The position numbers and the translations under genes were made by a program. 58,905 bases of DNA. Origin: a virus. Its lineage: Duplodnaviria > Caudoviricetes. Positions 45,996-54,644 of this stretch are shown piece by piece. Each line of letters begins with the position of its first letter. Within the stretch, counting starts at the first letter, position 1. The notes under the pieces are model-generated. The model searched no databases. It saw nothing but the letters and a program-made list of their open reading frames with translations, and was not told the origin of the DNA. The DNA is taken from positions 1-58,905 of the IMG/VR virus record IMGVR_UViG_3300045996_001882, one strand, 5' to 3'.

Positions 45996-46786
45996 TGAAG
46001 ATCACTCTGATCTCGAGCAGTACCCTGGTGCCGGCGCGGGGCGCGATCGAAGGTCCACCGTGGGCGATCAACAAGTGGCTCCCCGAGGACGGCCGTCGAG
46101 GCGACGACGAGTGGAGTCCCGACTTCGCTGACGACGCTGACATGATCACCGAGTTCGCGGGCCGTGCGTGTTACGAGTCGTGGGACAGGCCGAACCCCAA
46201 CACGGCTCACAACGCGGACTACGTGCGCAACATCCTGGGGCAGCAGCACGAGTCTGTGCTGGAACACTCATCCCTGACGTTCTACGTCGAGGAGGTGTCG
46301 CGTTCGATGACGCTCGAGTTGGTGCGTCACAGGCACCTGAGTTACTCGCAGCGGTCTCAACGTTACGTCAACGAGTCGTTGTCCGATTTCGTGATTCCGG
46401 GCGATCTCAGCGACCGTCAGCGCGATCCGTACATCGCCCGGCTGATCGAGGAACTCAAGGATCATCACAAGTCGGCCGCGAACCTCTACGGTGAGATCGT
46501 CGAGGCCCTGATGGACACCTGCGTAGACGAGCGGGGCGAGCTGTACCCCAAGCTGGGAATCAAGCAGGCGCGAGGTGCTGCTCGGGCGGCGCTGCTCGAG
46601 TCGACCCACACCAACATCGTCGTCACGGGCAACTTGCGCGCCTGGCGTGACATGCTCAAGAAGCGGTGGCACGTCGCTGCGGAGAGGGAAATCCGCGAGT
46701 TTGCCGGCTTGATCCTCGCCGACATACGATCAATCGCACCTAACAGCGTTCAGGACATTCCGTCCGAACCCTACGGAACGGAGTGA
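45995..46786 (+). CDS. thyX: Flavin-dependent thymidylate synthase ThyX (263 aa)
   Basis: EFAGRACYES, HESVLEH, RHRHLSYSQRSQRY, NLRAWR, AEREIR. Confidence 0.95.
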   Translation: MKITLISSSTLVPARGAIEGPPWAINKWLPEDGRRGDDEWSPDFADDADMITEFAGRACYESWDRPNPNTAHNADYVRNILGQQHESVLEHSSLTFYVEEVSRSMTLELVRHRHLSYSQRSQRYVNESLSDFVIPGDLSDRQRDPYIARLIEELKDHHKSAANLYGEIVEALMDTCVDERGELYPKLGIKQARGAARAALLESTHTNIVVTGNLRAWRDMLKKRWHVAAEREIREFAGLILADIRSIAPNSVQDIPSEPYGTE

Positions 46787-46787
46787 C

Positions 46788-47618
46788 GTGGCGACCACCA
46801 CCGCGCGCAAGGTCGCAGCACGCAAGGACTACGACGCGATTGCTGCGAGCAAGATCACGAGCCCCACGGCTCAGGGTCTGTTCCGCCCGCGCATTCTCGT
46901 CTACGGCAAGAATAAGAAGGGCAAGACCCGTTTCTGCACCACGCCCGGCAAGGGCAAAGTGCTGATCGTCGACCCCGAAGAGGGCACGAAGGCGATGAAG
47001 CGGCTCGACCCGGACGTCTGGCCGATCTCGAAGTGGGAAGACATCGATGATGTCTACAACTTCCTGAAGGGGGGCAATCACAACTACGAGTACGTCGCCC
47101 TCGACGGGATGACGCGCATTCACGACTTCGCCATTCGGTGGGTCATGAACGTGGCAGCTGAAGCCCGCCTCGACTCGAAGCCTGTTCTGGTGCAGAAGCA
47201 GCACTACGGCCAGGCAGGTCGACTGACGTCGGACCTGATCACGAACTTCCACAACCTCCCCATGGGTGTCATCTACACCGCTCAGGAGCGCATGGAGGCC
47301 AGTGCGGGGTTCGACGAGGAGGACGACGACGTCGAGCAGGCTGCTGCTCAGATCGTTCCCGCACTTCCGAAGGGTGCACGCGCCGCGCTCAACCAGATCG
47401 TGGACGTGATCGGCCGAATCTACATCGTGAAGGTCGAGAACCCGAAGGACCCGGAGAAGGTCATTCTCCAACGACGGCTGTTCGTGGAACCGAGCGAGCG
47501 ATTCGACACGGGTTACCGTTCGGACTTCCAGCTGCCGCCATTCATCAAGAACCCGACAGTTCCGCGTCTCATGGATCTGATCAACACGGGTAAGAGCGAA
47601 AGGGTTACCGCCAAGTGA
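46788..47618 (+). CDS. AAA_24 / Sak4-like RecA-family ATPase (276 aa)
   Basis: YGKNKKGKT, IVDPEEG, VALDG, YTAQE. Confidence 0.8.
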   Translation: MATTTARKVAARKDYDAIAASKITSPTAQGLFRPRILVYGKNKKGKTRFCTTPGKGKVLIVDPEEGTKAMKRLDPDVWPISKWEDIDDVYNFLKGGNHNYEYVALDGMTRIHDFAIRWVMNVAAEARLDSKPVLVQKQHYGQAGRLTSDLITNFHNLPMGVIYTAQERMEASAGFDEEDDDVEQAAAQIVPALPKGARAALNQIVDVIGRIYIVKVENPKDPEKVILQRRLFVEPSERFDTGYRSDFQLPPFIKNPTVPRLMDLINTGKSERVTAK

Positions 47619-48262
47619 GCAACAAGGCTACCACCACGATTCTCGACTTCTCCCAGGCGAAGGAGCGCGGGGCATACAACCCCAAGCACATCGAGGAGGG
47701 GGACTACGTCGGCAAGATCGTGCACATCGTGGACTCGCCCACGAAGGAGAAGGACGACGGCACGGGCAACAAGCCGCAGTGGATCGTCGGGATCGTCCTG
47801 GACGACGTCCGCGGTGCCTCGTACCCGTACCGCTGCCAGCTCGAGCCGGACCAGCTGTGGAAGCTGCGCAACGTGTTCGAGGCCGTCGGCATGAAGGTCG
47901 GTCAGCGTCGGATCAAGGTCGACCCGCAGAAGGCGGTCGGCAAGAAGATCGGCGTGACCATCATCGACAACGAGTACAACGGCAAGGTCTCCTCCCAGAT
48001 CGACCAGGTGTTCCCCGCGTCCGACCTGATCGCTGGTGACGAGGACGACGTCGATCCGGAGGACGTCGACACCGACGAGGAAGAGACCGAGGAGGAGCCC
48101 GCTCCCCCGGCTCGTCGCACCAAGGCTGCTGTCGCCACGACCGCGAAGAAGACGACGGCGAAGCGTGCGACGAAGCCCGCCCCGGCCCCCGAGCCGGAGG
48201 ACGAGGAGGAAGAGGAGATCACCGACGAGGACCTCGAAGAGCTGGACGTCGACGAGCTGTAG
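47615..48262 (+). CDS. Single-stranded DNA-binding protein, DUF669-like, with acidic tail (215 aa)
   Basis: EEGDY, LWKLR, EYNGK; Asp/Glu-rich C-terminus; follows Sak4-like gene. Confidence 0.7.
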   Translation: MSNKATTTILDFSQAKERGAYNPKHIEEGDYVGKIVHIVDSPTKEKDDGTGNKPQWIVGIVLDDVRGASYPYRCQLEPDQLWKLRNVFEAVGMKVGQRRIKVDPQKAVGKKIGVTIIDNEYNGKVSSQIDQVFPASDLIAGDEDDVDPEDVDTDEEETEEEPAPPARRTKAAVATTAKKTTAKRATKPAPAPEPEDEEEEEITDEDLEELDVDEL

Positions 48263-48294
48263 TTCCTCTCCCCACACCGCCGCCAACAATTAGT

Positions 48295-48323
48295 TTGACA
48301 TCGGGGACGCGATACGTCATACT
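48295..48323 (+). promoter_or_regulatory. Sigma70-type promoter
   Basis: TTGACA-N17-CATACT. Confidence 0.65.
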
Positions 48324-48329
48324 GATTGC

Positions 48330-48412
48330 GCGGTGATCCGAACAACACTCGTCGAGTGCGTTCGTCATACCAGGAGCCGGGCTGTGTTAATCCCCTTGCA
48401 GCCCGGCTCTTC
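48330..48412 (+). ncRNA. Candidate two-hairpin small RNA or leader (about 80 nt)
   Basis: Lies between promoter and an 11-bp stem; internal stem CGAAC..CACTC/GAGTG.GTTCG. Confidence 0.4.
48374..48412 (+). terminator. Intrinsic terminator-like hairpin
   Basis: GAGCCGGGCTG / CAGCCCGGCTC 11-bp stem followed by TTC. Confidence 0.55.
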
Positions 48413-48440
48413 GGTAGGCAACTGAGAAAGGCTAACGAAC

Positions 48441-48743
48441 ATGTCCGGACCCGAGACTCGAATTCAGCGCGCCATTCAGAAGATGGTGAAATCCCGCGGT
48501 GGGTTCGTCTTCAAAGTACACGGCTCTGAGACGATGATGGCAGGATTGCCCGACCTCGTCGTGTGCTACAAGGGTTACTTCATCGCGTTCGAGGTCAAGA
48601 CACCCGTCGGCAAGTTGTCAGAGCGTCAGCGGTACGTGCATCGCATGATGTCACGCGCTGAAGCGATCGTAGCCGTGCCTACAAGCGTCGCTGAAGCCTC
48701 CGCAGTGCTCGATGACGTGGACACATGGTGCGACGCAAACTAG
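48441..48743 (+). CDS. VRR-NUC nuclease / Holliday junction resolvase (100 aa)
   Basis: E..IQ, KVHGS, GLPDL, FEVKTP.GKLSERQ. Confidence 0.88.
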   Translation: MSGPETRIQRAIQKMVKSRGGFVFKVHGSETMMAGLPDLVVCYKGYFIAFEVKTPVGKLSERQRYVHRMMSRAEAIVAVPTSVAEASAVLDDVDTWCDAN

Positions 48744-48794
48744 ACGCTCACAGACGATTTGAGCGCCGGTGCAAATGCAAATCAGTACGCCCGC

Positions 48795-48821
48795 CGAAAA
48801 GCCGCCCGGGGGCGGCCTCGG
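48795..48821 (-). terminator. Terminator at convergence of replication arm and early cassettes
   Basis: GCCGCC-CCCG-GGCGGC then TTTT on minus strand. Confidence 0.6.
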
Positions 48822-49400
48822 TTAGCGAGATGCGCGGCACACACGACGCGCGGCCGGTGTGGAAGGATGCGAGCACGAGGAGTGGGAGGTCGACGTACGG
48901 CGAGCAGGGGGAGCAGCAGCGACCGGCGACTCGTCCTCGAGCCCGGTGACGGTGACATCCTTCATGCCGGCAACACGTCGGACAGCAGCGATGAACACAT
49001 CGCGCTGGTACACGCGGACATCGAACTCAAGGGAAGTGTTAACGACATACTCCCGGTCAGGACGGAGCAGGTAATGACCACTCACCAGAATGCGGTCCTG
49101 AGGCCCGTCGAGAGTCGAAATGGACTCGGTCGGCTCGATGCTGTCAACGATCACCCAGTACTTGTGGTCAACGAAGACGCGGTCGCCGATCTTGACGTTG
49201 GCCCACGTGGTCGTCATGGTGTGGCAGAGATCGTCGTAGATCTTGCGAGCACGCGCGGCAGCGGCGGTGAGCTTGTACCCCTTACCACTGCACCCGAGGC
49301 AACGACCCTCCCAAGCAGGCGAGGGATACGTACCGGTTCCCCCACACCGCGTGCACGGCTCGACATGGAACTTGATGCTGAGCTTCGAGTTCGTCGTCAT
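48822..49400 (-). CDS. Protein with DnaJ-type CxxCxGxG zinc finger and C-terminal HCHC module (192 aa)
   Basis: CTRCGGTG...CLGCSGKG; SHSSCSHPSTPAARRVCR. Confidence 0.75.
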   Translation of the reverse strand: MTTNSKLSIKFHVEPCTRCGGTGTYPSPAWEGRCLGCSGKGYKLTAAAARARKIYDDLCHTMTTTWANVKIGDRVFVDHKYWVIVDSIEPTESISTLDGPQDRILVSGHYLLRPDREYVVNTSLEFDVRVYQRDVFIAAVRRVAGMKDVTVTGLEDESPVAAAPPARRTSTSHSSCSHPSTPAARRVCRASR

Positions 49401-49432
49401 GGGGAGATCCTATCAGAGATGTCAGGTGAACT

Positions 49433-50053
49433 TCAGGCGAAGGAGCGCGACGAGCGGCAGCGACGTCGAGCAGCAGGCGTTGCATCGTGCCCGCAGGTCG
49501 CGTGTGACGACCCGGAGCGCTTCGCCGGCACAACTACCGGGGCGACGTTGTTTGGGGCGTCAGCGACGATCTCAGCGGTGGAATTATCAGCCTCGGTCAG
49601 CTGATTCGTTGCTGTAACGTTACCTTGGGCGAGGTAGATCGGCTTGTCGACCCCCTCAACCCGGATTCCCACCCGCGGACCCCAGTGGCTGTCACCAACC
49701 CACATCACGATGCCCGAAGTGCCGATCTTGACCTTGCGGCCCTTAGTGACGGTGACATGCTGGTCGACAACGATTTGGCCCGAGGCCAGCTCGTGACGGA
49801 TCTTGTCCTGGTACTCGACGACGGCGTCAGGGTCGCATTCGTGCACGTGCCAGCAAGCGGTGCGGCGGGCGCCGGACGCGGCCCGGTACGTCACGTCGAG
49901 CAGCTGGTTTTTCCGGTTGTACCGGGCGACTTCCCGCCCACACGCGTAGCATCGGCCCAAGTCGTGCACGTCCTCAGCCTGGTGGTTCCGCCCGTAGCAC
50001 GTGATGTGCAGCGTATCAGGGTTGCGCACGAAGCGCGGGCGCGTAGTCGTCAT
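49433..50053 (-). CDS. Protein with Cys/His region, KOW/SH3-like segment and C-terminal HCHC module (206 aa)
   Basis: VTVTKGRKVKIGTSGIVMW...RVGI; SHATCGHDATPAARRRCR. Confidence 0.75.
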   Translation of the reverse strand: MTTTRPRFVRNPDTLHITCYGRNHQAEDVHDLGRCYACGREVARYNRKNQLLDVTYRAASGARRTACWHVHECDPDAVVEYQDKIRHELASGQIVVDQHVTVTKGRKVKIGTSGIVMWVGDSHWGPRVGIRVEGVDKPIYLAQGNVTATNQLTEADNSTAEIVADAPNNVAPVVVPAKRSGSSHATCGHDATPAARRRCRSSRSFA

Positions 50054-50246
50054 GTGACGACCTTATCAGAAGTCCTGGGAAGAACCCAACAAGAACTTCA
50101 GCTCGCTCGTACGCAGGCGCAAGGGCCGGACGTATCCTAGGTATCTTCAGTCCTTCACCTGACGTCACGCGAGCGCTGAAGCCCAGTTTGCACTTGCAAA
50201 GACCCCTGCCCACCACTGAGCCGGCACGAGGCCGGCAGGGTGTGGA

Positions 50247-50609
50247 TCAAGCGGTGCGGCGTGCCTTGCGGCAAGCAGCGCGACCCTTCGACGTGCGAGC
50301 GTGCGTGCAGAAGGCGTGGGAGGAAGACGTGGGGACATGCACCTCGGCGTGCGCAAGGGACATCGCATGGGGCACATGCAGGTGGTAGTACGAGATGAAC
50401 GCGGGGACGAACCCGTAGTCGTCAGTTGCAGGGTCGTACGAGTACGAGTACGCGGGCATCGCGACGGCGACGAACTCGAGGGCCTGACGTGCGGTTTCGA
50501 CCTCGAAGTGCATTTCCTGGTCGGCGGAGGGGCGGACATCCGGTTCGGTCAGGTAGAGCATGTTGTCGTCGGCGTCGAAGGCGGTGATTCGGTACGTCGC
50601 GGTGTTCAT
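50247..50609 (-). CDS. Hypothetical protein with C-terminal HCHC module (120 aa)
   Basis: Own promoter; SHAFCTHARTSKGRAACR. Confidence 0.75.
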   Translation of the reverse strand: MNTATYRITAFDADDNMLYLTEPDVRPSADQEMHFEVETARQALEFVAVAMPAYSYSYDPATDDYGFVPAFISYYHLHVPHAMSLAHAEVHVPTSSSHAFCTHARTSKGRAACRKARRTA

Positions 50610-50663
50610 GCCAGAACTCTACCACACCCGGCGACAGGGTCGCAACAGGTGTGGCGAAGAGTT

Positions 50664-50993
50664 TCAGGCGGACGCGGCACGTGCCTTGCGGCAGGCAGCA
50701 CGCGCCTTGGGCGTCACCTCGTGGTCACACGCAGCGTGTGACCTGCGCGTCTTGGCAACGGTGTTCGTGTGGCCGGTGCGCAGTTGGGGCTTCGCGTTCA
50801 GGCAGACGAGGCAACCTTCGCGCTCCTCAGCGTCCTCGGGAAGGTTGTCGTGGTTGCCATCCTCGTGGCAGTTTTCCCAGCCCCAGAAATCGTAGCACTT
50901 GTTGCACACGTCGCGGTAGTGGCGGCCCGGGGTGCGGTTTGCGGCGGTGATGCGCGTACCACATTCGGTGCAGGTGATCGTCGTTTTCGTCAT
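50664..50993 (-). CDS. Cys-rich protein with C-terminal HCHC module (109 aa)
   Basis: Three CxxC pairs; SHAACDHEVTPKARAACR. Confidence 0.75.
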   Translation of the reverse strand: MTKTTITCTECGTRITAANRTPGRHYRDVCNKCYDFWGWENCHEDGNHDNLPEDAEEREGCLVCLNAKPQLRTGHTNTVAKTRRSHAACDHEVTPKARAACRKARAASA

Positions 50994-51112
50994 GCCAGAA
51001 CTTTACCACACCTCAGCGCAGACGTGCAAGGGGTATGGTGATTTGCTTGTGCAAACTGTCCTCTCACCGACAAACCCGCACGTGGCGGGCAGTCGGGGGA
51101 GGGGGTCAGTGA

Positions 51113-51451
51113 TCAGTCAGCGAGCGTGTCGCTGTCCTCGAGCTTCAGGATCGCGTCAACGATCAGGACCTCGAGCGAGTCGTCAGAGAGCTCGGTCAGC
51201 GTCTCGCGGATTTCCAACATCGCACGATCGATCAGGTCGGCGTTCTCGACGTTGGGGGCGACGTTGTTGCGCTCCTCGATCGCGCAGAGGATCCCGTACG
51301 CGGTGACATTGTGGGGATCGGTCGGGGAGAACATCCCGTACGTGTTGAGCTCGCGCGGGGACACCTCGTCGTCGAGCCAGGTCACGAGCGTGCGGATCGC
51401 GGTGTCGACGTCATCGGCGGTGTGCGGGCGGGTGTTCGCGTTGTTCGTCAT
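51113..51451 (-). CDS. Acidic hypothetical protein (112 aa)
   Basis: Own promoter, downstream hairpin. Confidence 0.7.
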   Translation of the reverse strand: MTNNANTRPHTADDVDTAIRTLVTWLDDEVSPRELNTYGMFSPTDPHNVTAYGILCAIEERNNVAPNVENADLIDRAMLEIRETLTELSDDSLEVLIVDAILKLEDSDTLAD

Positions 51452-51500
51452 GTGAAGACCTTACCACACGCCTGCGTCGTCGCGCAACAGGTCATCACAG

Positions 51501-51737
51501 TCACTTGCGCGCGTCGCCTGCCTGGGCCCACTCGAAGCGCGGGTACCCTTCAGACGCCCGTTCGCGCCCGATCAGGTCACGAGCGTGGTCCCAGCTCGCG
51601 GTTTCCAGGAGGATCTCGTACGACACCGCGGTCCCACCTGGTGACGTGTAGGGACGCAACTGACGAACTGCCTGGTCAGCGGTGGTGACGTTGATCGAAC
51701 CGACGTAGCCGTCGTTGCGGCGGAAGACGAAAAACAC
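51501..51737 (-). CDS. Hypothetical protein (78 aa)
   Basis: ORF fills gap; GAAGGG upstream. Confidence 0.5.
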   Translation of the reverse strand: MFFVFRRNDGYVGSINVTTADQAVRQLRPYTSPGGTAVSYEILLETASWDHARDLIGRERASEGYPRFEWAQAGDARK

Positions 51738-51749
51738 GAGGAGTACCCT

Positions 51750-52187
51750 TCAGATTTCGATGGTGTGGATGATGTCGTAGGGAAAGACCATCTCGTTGTC
51801 CTCGTGGTCGAGGCCCTCGATCGCGTCGTCGCCGACGCGGGTGAGACGAATGAGGGTGTCAACGGGAACGTCACCGAGACCCGGAACTGCATGGGTAACC
51901 GTGATGAACTTCTCGACTTCCTGGTCAAGCGCACGTGACAGCAGGATCAACGTGTTCGTGAAGCGGTCGCGCGAGCTCTGAGTACGCCGTGAGCGCCTCG
52001 AAGTCGTTCGCCGCGGTGACGTCTCGGTCGGCGTACGATCGGCGCTCACGGACGAACTCAGCGCCTGACCGAACGGCGTGACGAGCAAGTTCGTCGTGTC
52101 CGCGGCGGGGGTGATTCCCGCACGCCGGCACGCGGCACGACCCGCCGGAGTAGCGGGGTGGTCACACAGCTTATGAGACATGGCCAT
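51750..52187 (-). CDS. Hypothetical protein with N-terminal HCHC module (145 aa)
   Basis: MAMSHKLCDHPATPAGRAACR; GGAAGG RBS. Confidence 0.7.
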   Translation of the reverse strand: MAMSHKLCDHPATPAGRAACRRAGITPAADTTNLLVTPFGQALSSSVSADRTPTETSPRRTTSRRSRRTQSSRDRFTNTLILLSRALDQEVEKFITVTHAVPGLGDVPVDTLIRLTRVGDDAIEGLDHEDNEMVFPYDIIHTIEI

Positions 52188-52269
52188 GATCAGAACGCCT
52201 TCCAGGGAGAACACGCCAATGCGCGGCCCGCGATTGAGCAAGCAGCGCATTGACGTGCGGCGGGAATGG

Positions 52270-52575
52270 TCAGCGGGCAGCGACGATGTTGCGCTTGATG
52301 CGCCAGGTCATGGCACGCGTGGCGTCGTGCGAGGACCAATCGACCTCGTTCTCGTTCACCTCGATGATCGGCTTGTCGGTGCGGGTACGCACGGAGGTCA
52401 CGATGCGGTACGTCGTGCGACGCCGGCGCAGCTGGGCGGGCGTGGCCGGGATCACGATGTCGCGGTTCGAGGGCGTGAAGTCGACAGTCACATCACCCAC
52501 ACGCAGATCGCGAGCGAACACGAGTTCGAGGTCGGCGGGAGTCACAGTGGCGCGGAAGGCGTCGGTGTTCGTCAT
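52270..52575 (-). CDS. Hypothetical protein (101 aa)
   Basis: Own promoter; ARDLRVGD motif. Confidence 0.65.
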   Translation of the reverse strand: MTNTDAFRATVTPADLELVFARDLRVGDVTVDFTPSNRDIVIPATPAQLRRRRTTYRIVTSVRTRTDKPIIEVNENEVDWSSHDATRAMTWRIKRNIVAAR

Positions 52576-52690
52576 GCCATAACCTTACCAGGACTCACGT
52601 CGTCATGCAACAGGAAACCCAAGTTTGCTTTAGCAAATACTGACCGCTCTCCGAAGCGCACCCGGAGGTGCGCGCGGAGGAAGGGGCAGG

Positions 52691-53002
52691 TCAGAGGGAC
52701 GTGGGGTCGACGTTCTTGACGCAGTTCTTGCACGTCACACACTCGGCGAGCGCGTCGACACGCTCCGCGGAGTCGAGGATGTTCTTCTTCGTGCAGGCGA
52801 ACGTATCACCGTTGGCGAAGTGAACGACCTTCGACCCCTTCGCGATGACCGCCGGGTACGTGGGGGGCAGAACGACCTTCGTCGCCTTCGGCGTCACGCC
52901 GGCACGGGCCCGGCGGCAGGCGGCACGAGCGACCTTCGTGCGGGGGTGAGTGCAAGCGGTGTGGGCGGTGGTGCGGGGCGCGGTGTTCGTGTTCGTCGTC
53001 AT
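52691..53002 (-). CDS. Protein with N-terminal HCHC module and C-terminal H/C zinc finger (103 aa)
   Basis: AHTACTHPRTKVARAACR; VVH...C...VTCKNC. Confidence 0.75.
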   Translation of the reverse strand: MTTNTNTAPRTTAHTACTHPRTKVARAACRRARAGVTPKATKVVLPPTYPAVIAKGSKVVHFANGDTFACTKKNILDSAERVDALAECVTCKNCVKNVDPTSL

Positions 53003-53101
53003 GCCATAAACCTAATGCCTGTGTGGCGTGGTGTCAACACGCTTCGCAGAAGTCGGCCTGTTTTCTTTTGCAAACATGCTCTGACCTGGCCAAACTGCCG
53101 C

Positions 53102-53131
53102 AAAGCCCCGCGACGTCGAAGGTCACGGGGC
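53102..53131 (-). terminator. Intrinsic terminator
   Basis: GCCCCGTGAC-N7-GTCGCGGGGC then TTT on minus strand. Confidence 0.55.
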
Positions 53132-53148
53132 CCGCGGGGGTCAGATCA

Positions 53149-53382
53149 TCAGGGGTACGTGTCGCCCGGGGCGTACTTGCTCGCCTCGTCCTCGCTCACG
53201 CACACGGTCTTGATCGCCTGGTCGCCAGGCGGGTCGACAGCGATCGACCAGAACTTGTCCTGCCCACACTCCTTCGAGGGGACGTCAGGGCTGTACACGT
53301 TGACGACGGTGCCACTGACGGTGTTGCACGCAGTGAGCGCGAAGGCCATCGCCACGAGCGCGGCGGTGAACTTGGTACGCAT
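53149..53382 (-). CDS. Predicted lipoprotein (77 aa)
   Basis: MRTK + hydrophobic core + LTAC lipobox; two further Cys; GAAGGA RBS. Confidence 0.75.
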   Translation of the reverse strand: MRTKFTAALVAMAFALTACNTVSGTVVNVYSPDVPSKECGQDKFWSIAVDPPGDQAIKTVCVSEDEASKYAPGDTYP

Positions 53383-53428
53383 GTCATTGGTCCTTCAGGT
53401 AGGCGGTGAAGCGAACACAGGAACTGTA

Positions 53429-53707
53429 TCAGACCTGACGCTGCGCTCGACACCTTTTCCGGGCAGCAGGAGTGTGTTCGTGATCACACCCAGCATGTGA
53501 CCCCAACTTGCGCGACCCTGGAGGACGAGGAGCGGCCGACTTCTCCCGCGTACACGTGATGCACGACGAGTTGAGACGCTCCTCGTGTTCGCCGTCACGG
53601 TGCTCCCGTGCCAGCTCAGCGACGAGCCAGCACACCGGACACAGCTGATCACGGGCCCGAGATCGCACGCGGTCGCACTTGGGGCACACGAACGCGCTCA
53701 CGGTCAC
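53429..53707 (-). CDS. Cys-rich protein with C-terminal HCHC module (92 aa)
   Basis: Three CxxC pairs; SHAGCDHEHTPAARKRCR. Confidence 0.7.
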   Translation of the reverse strand: MTVSAFVCPKCDRVRSRARDQLCPVCWLVAELAREHRDGEHEERLNSSCITCTREKSAAPRPPGSRKLGSHAGCDHEHTPAARKRCRAQRQV

Positions 53708-53898
53708 ATCCGCGATTCGCGACGAACCCGAGGGATGCGGTGCAGCACAGTGGCCCAGTCAGGAGTGGCACCCTCGTGCGCGATCGGACGCAGGCGATGT
53801 TTCCCCGTGTACGCGTACGAAGGGACGGTGCTGTAGATCAGGTTGACGACCCACACGACGAGGGCGGCCCCAACGATCAGGGTCAAGAGCGTGGTCAC
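53704..53898 (-). CDS. Small membrane protein (64 aa)
   Basis: N-terminal TM; YTGKHR; GGAGG RBS. Confidence 0.55.
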   Translation of the reverse strand: MTTLLTLIVGAALVVWVVNLIYSTVPSYAYTGKHRLRPIAHEGATPDWATVLHRIPRVRRESRM

Positions 53899-54293
53899 GC
53901 GGAGACCTCCGAGTCAGTGCGGTTGAAGCGCGTCATCTGCGAGAGGTGCAGGCCGGCAGCGCGGAGGCGTGCCTCCAGGCGGTCGACACGCTCACGCGAC
54001 GCAGCGTCACGGCGCTCACGCTCGCTGCGGGTGAGCCCGCGGTGGAGCTGGTCGGTCGTGAGGATGAAGTCAGTGTCCTTGACCTGGCGGCGAGGGGTGC
54101 GCGCCTTGGCCTCGGCGGCGGGGGCCTTCGCGTTGAACCGCTTCTCCAGGACGACCAGGTCGGCGTCGCTGAAGGCGTACTTGCCGCCCGCGCCGGCGTT
54201 GCGGAACGTGGGGTCGGACCGGAGGAACTGACGGAGCTTCTTCGGCGTGGTCCCGATGCGCTCGGCAGCCGCCTTGGTGTCGTACGAGGTCAT
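53895..54293 (-). CDS. MerR-like helix-turn-helix DNA-binding protein (132 aa)
   Basis: TKAAAERIGTTPKKLRQFLRS...GGKYAF; GAGGA RBS. Confidence 0.75.
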   Translation of the reverse strand: MTSYDTKAAAERIGTTPKKLRQFLRSDPTFRNAGAGGKYAFSDADLVVLEKRFNAKAPAAEAKARTPRRQVKDTDFILTTDQLHRGLTRSERERRDAASRERVDRLEARLRAAGLHLSQMTRFNRTDSEVSA

Positions 54294-54390
54294 TGCGGTG
54301 ATCCTCTTCTTCGTGGAGTTGTCTTTCGGTCTTGCAACTCGAACGTACACGAGGGGCGTGCGACGTGTCAAATCACACGCCCCCGTGTCG

Positions 54391-54588
54391 TCACATGTTC
54401 GGCAGGTTCGAGATCCCGTCAGACGCGTTGACGAGCATGTTCCCGATCATGCGCATGTCATCGCACGACCCGGACATCACCTCACGCCCGTTGACGACGA
54501 GGTGCACGATGTTCGTGTCCTCGTTGCGATACACGGCGATCACGTTCGGGTGCGTCGGGGAGGGGAGCGGGTTCGCGTTGTTCGTCAT
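54391..54588 (-). CDS. Hypothetical protein (65 aa)
   Basis: Leaderless promoter; MTNNAN start shared with 51113-51451. Confidence 0.65.
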   Translation of the reverse strand: MTNNANPLPSPTHPNVIAVYRNEDTNIVHLVVNGREVMSGSCDDMRMIGNMLVNASDGISNLPNM

Positions 54589-54644
54589 GTGAGAACTGTA
54601 CCACACCCGTCAGAGGCGACACAACAGGTGTGGCACAAGATCTT

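Noticed and set aside
48030-48262. GAG/GAC-rich tracts as DNA tandem repeats
   Set aside because: Explained by acidic protein tails (also at 55797-56430)
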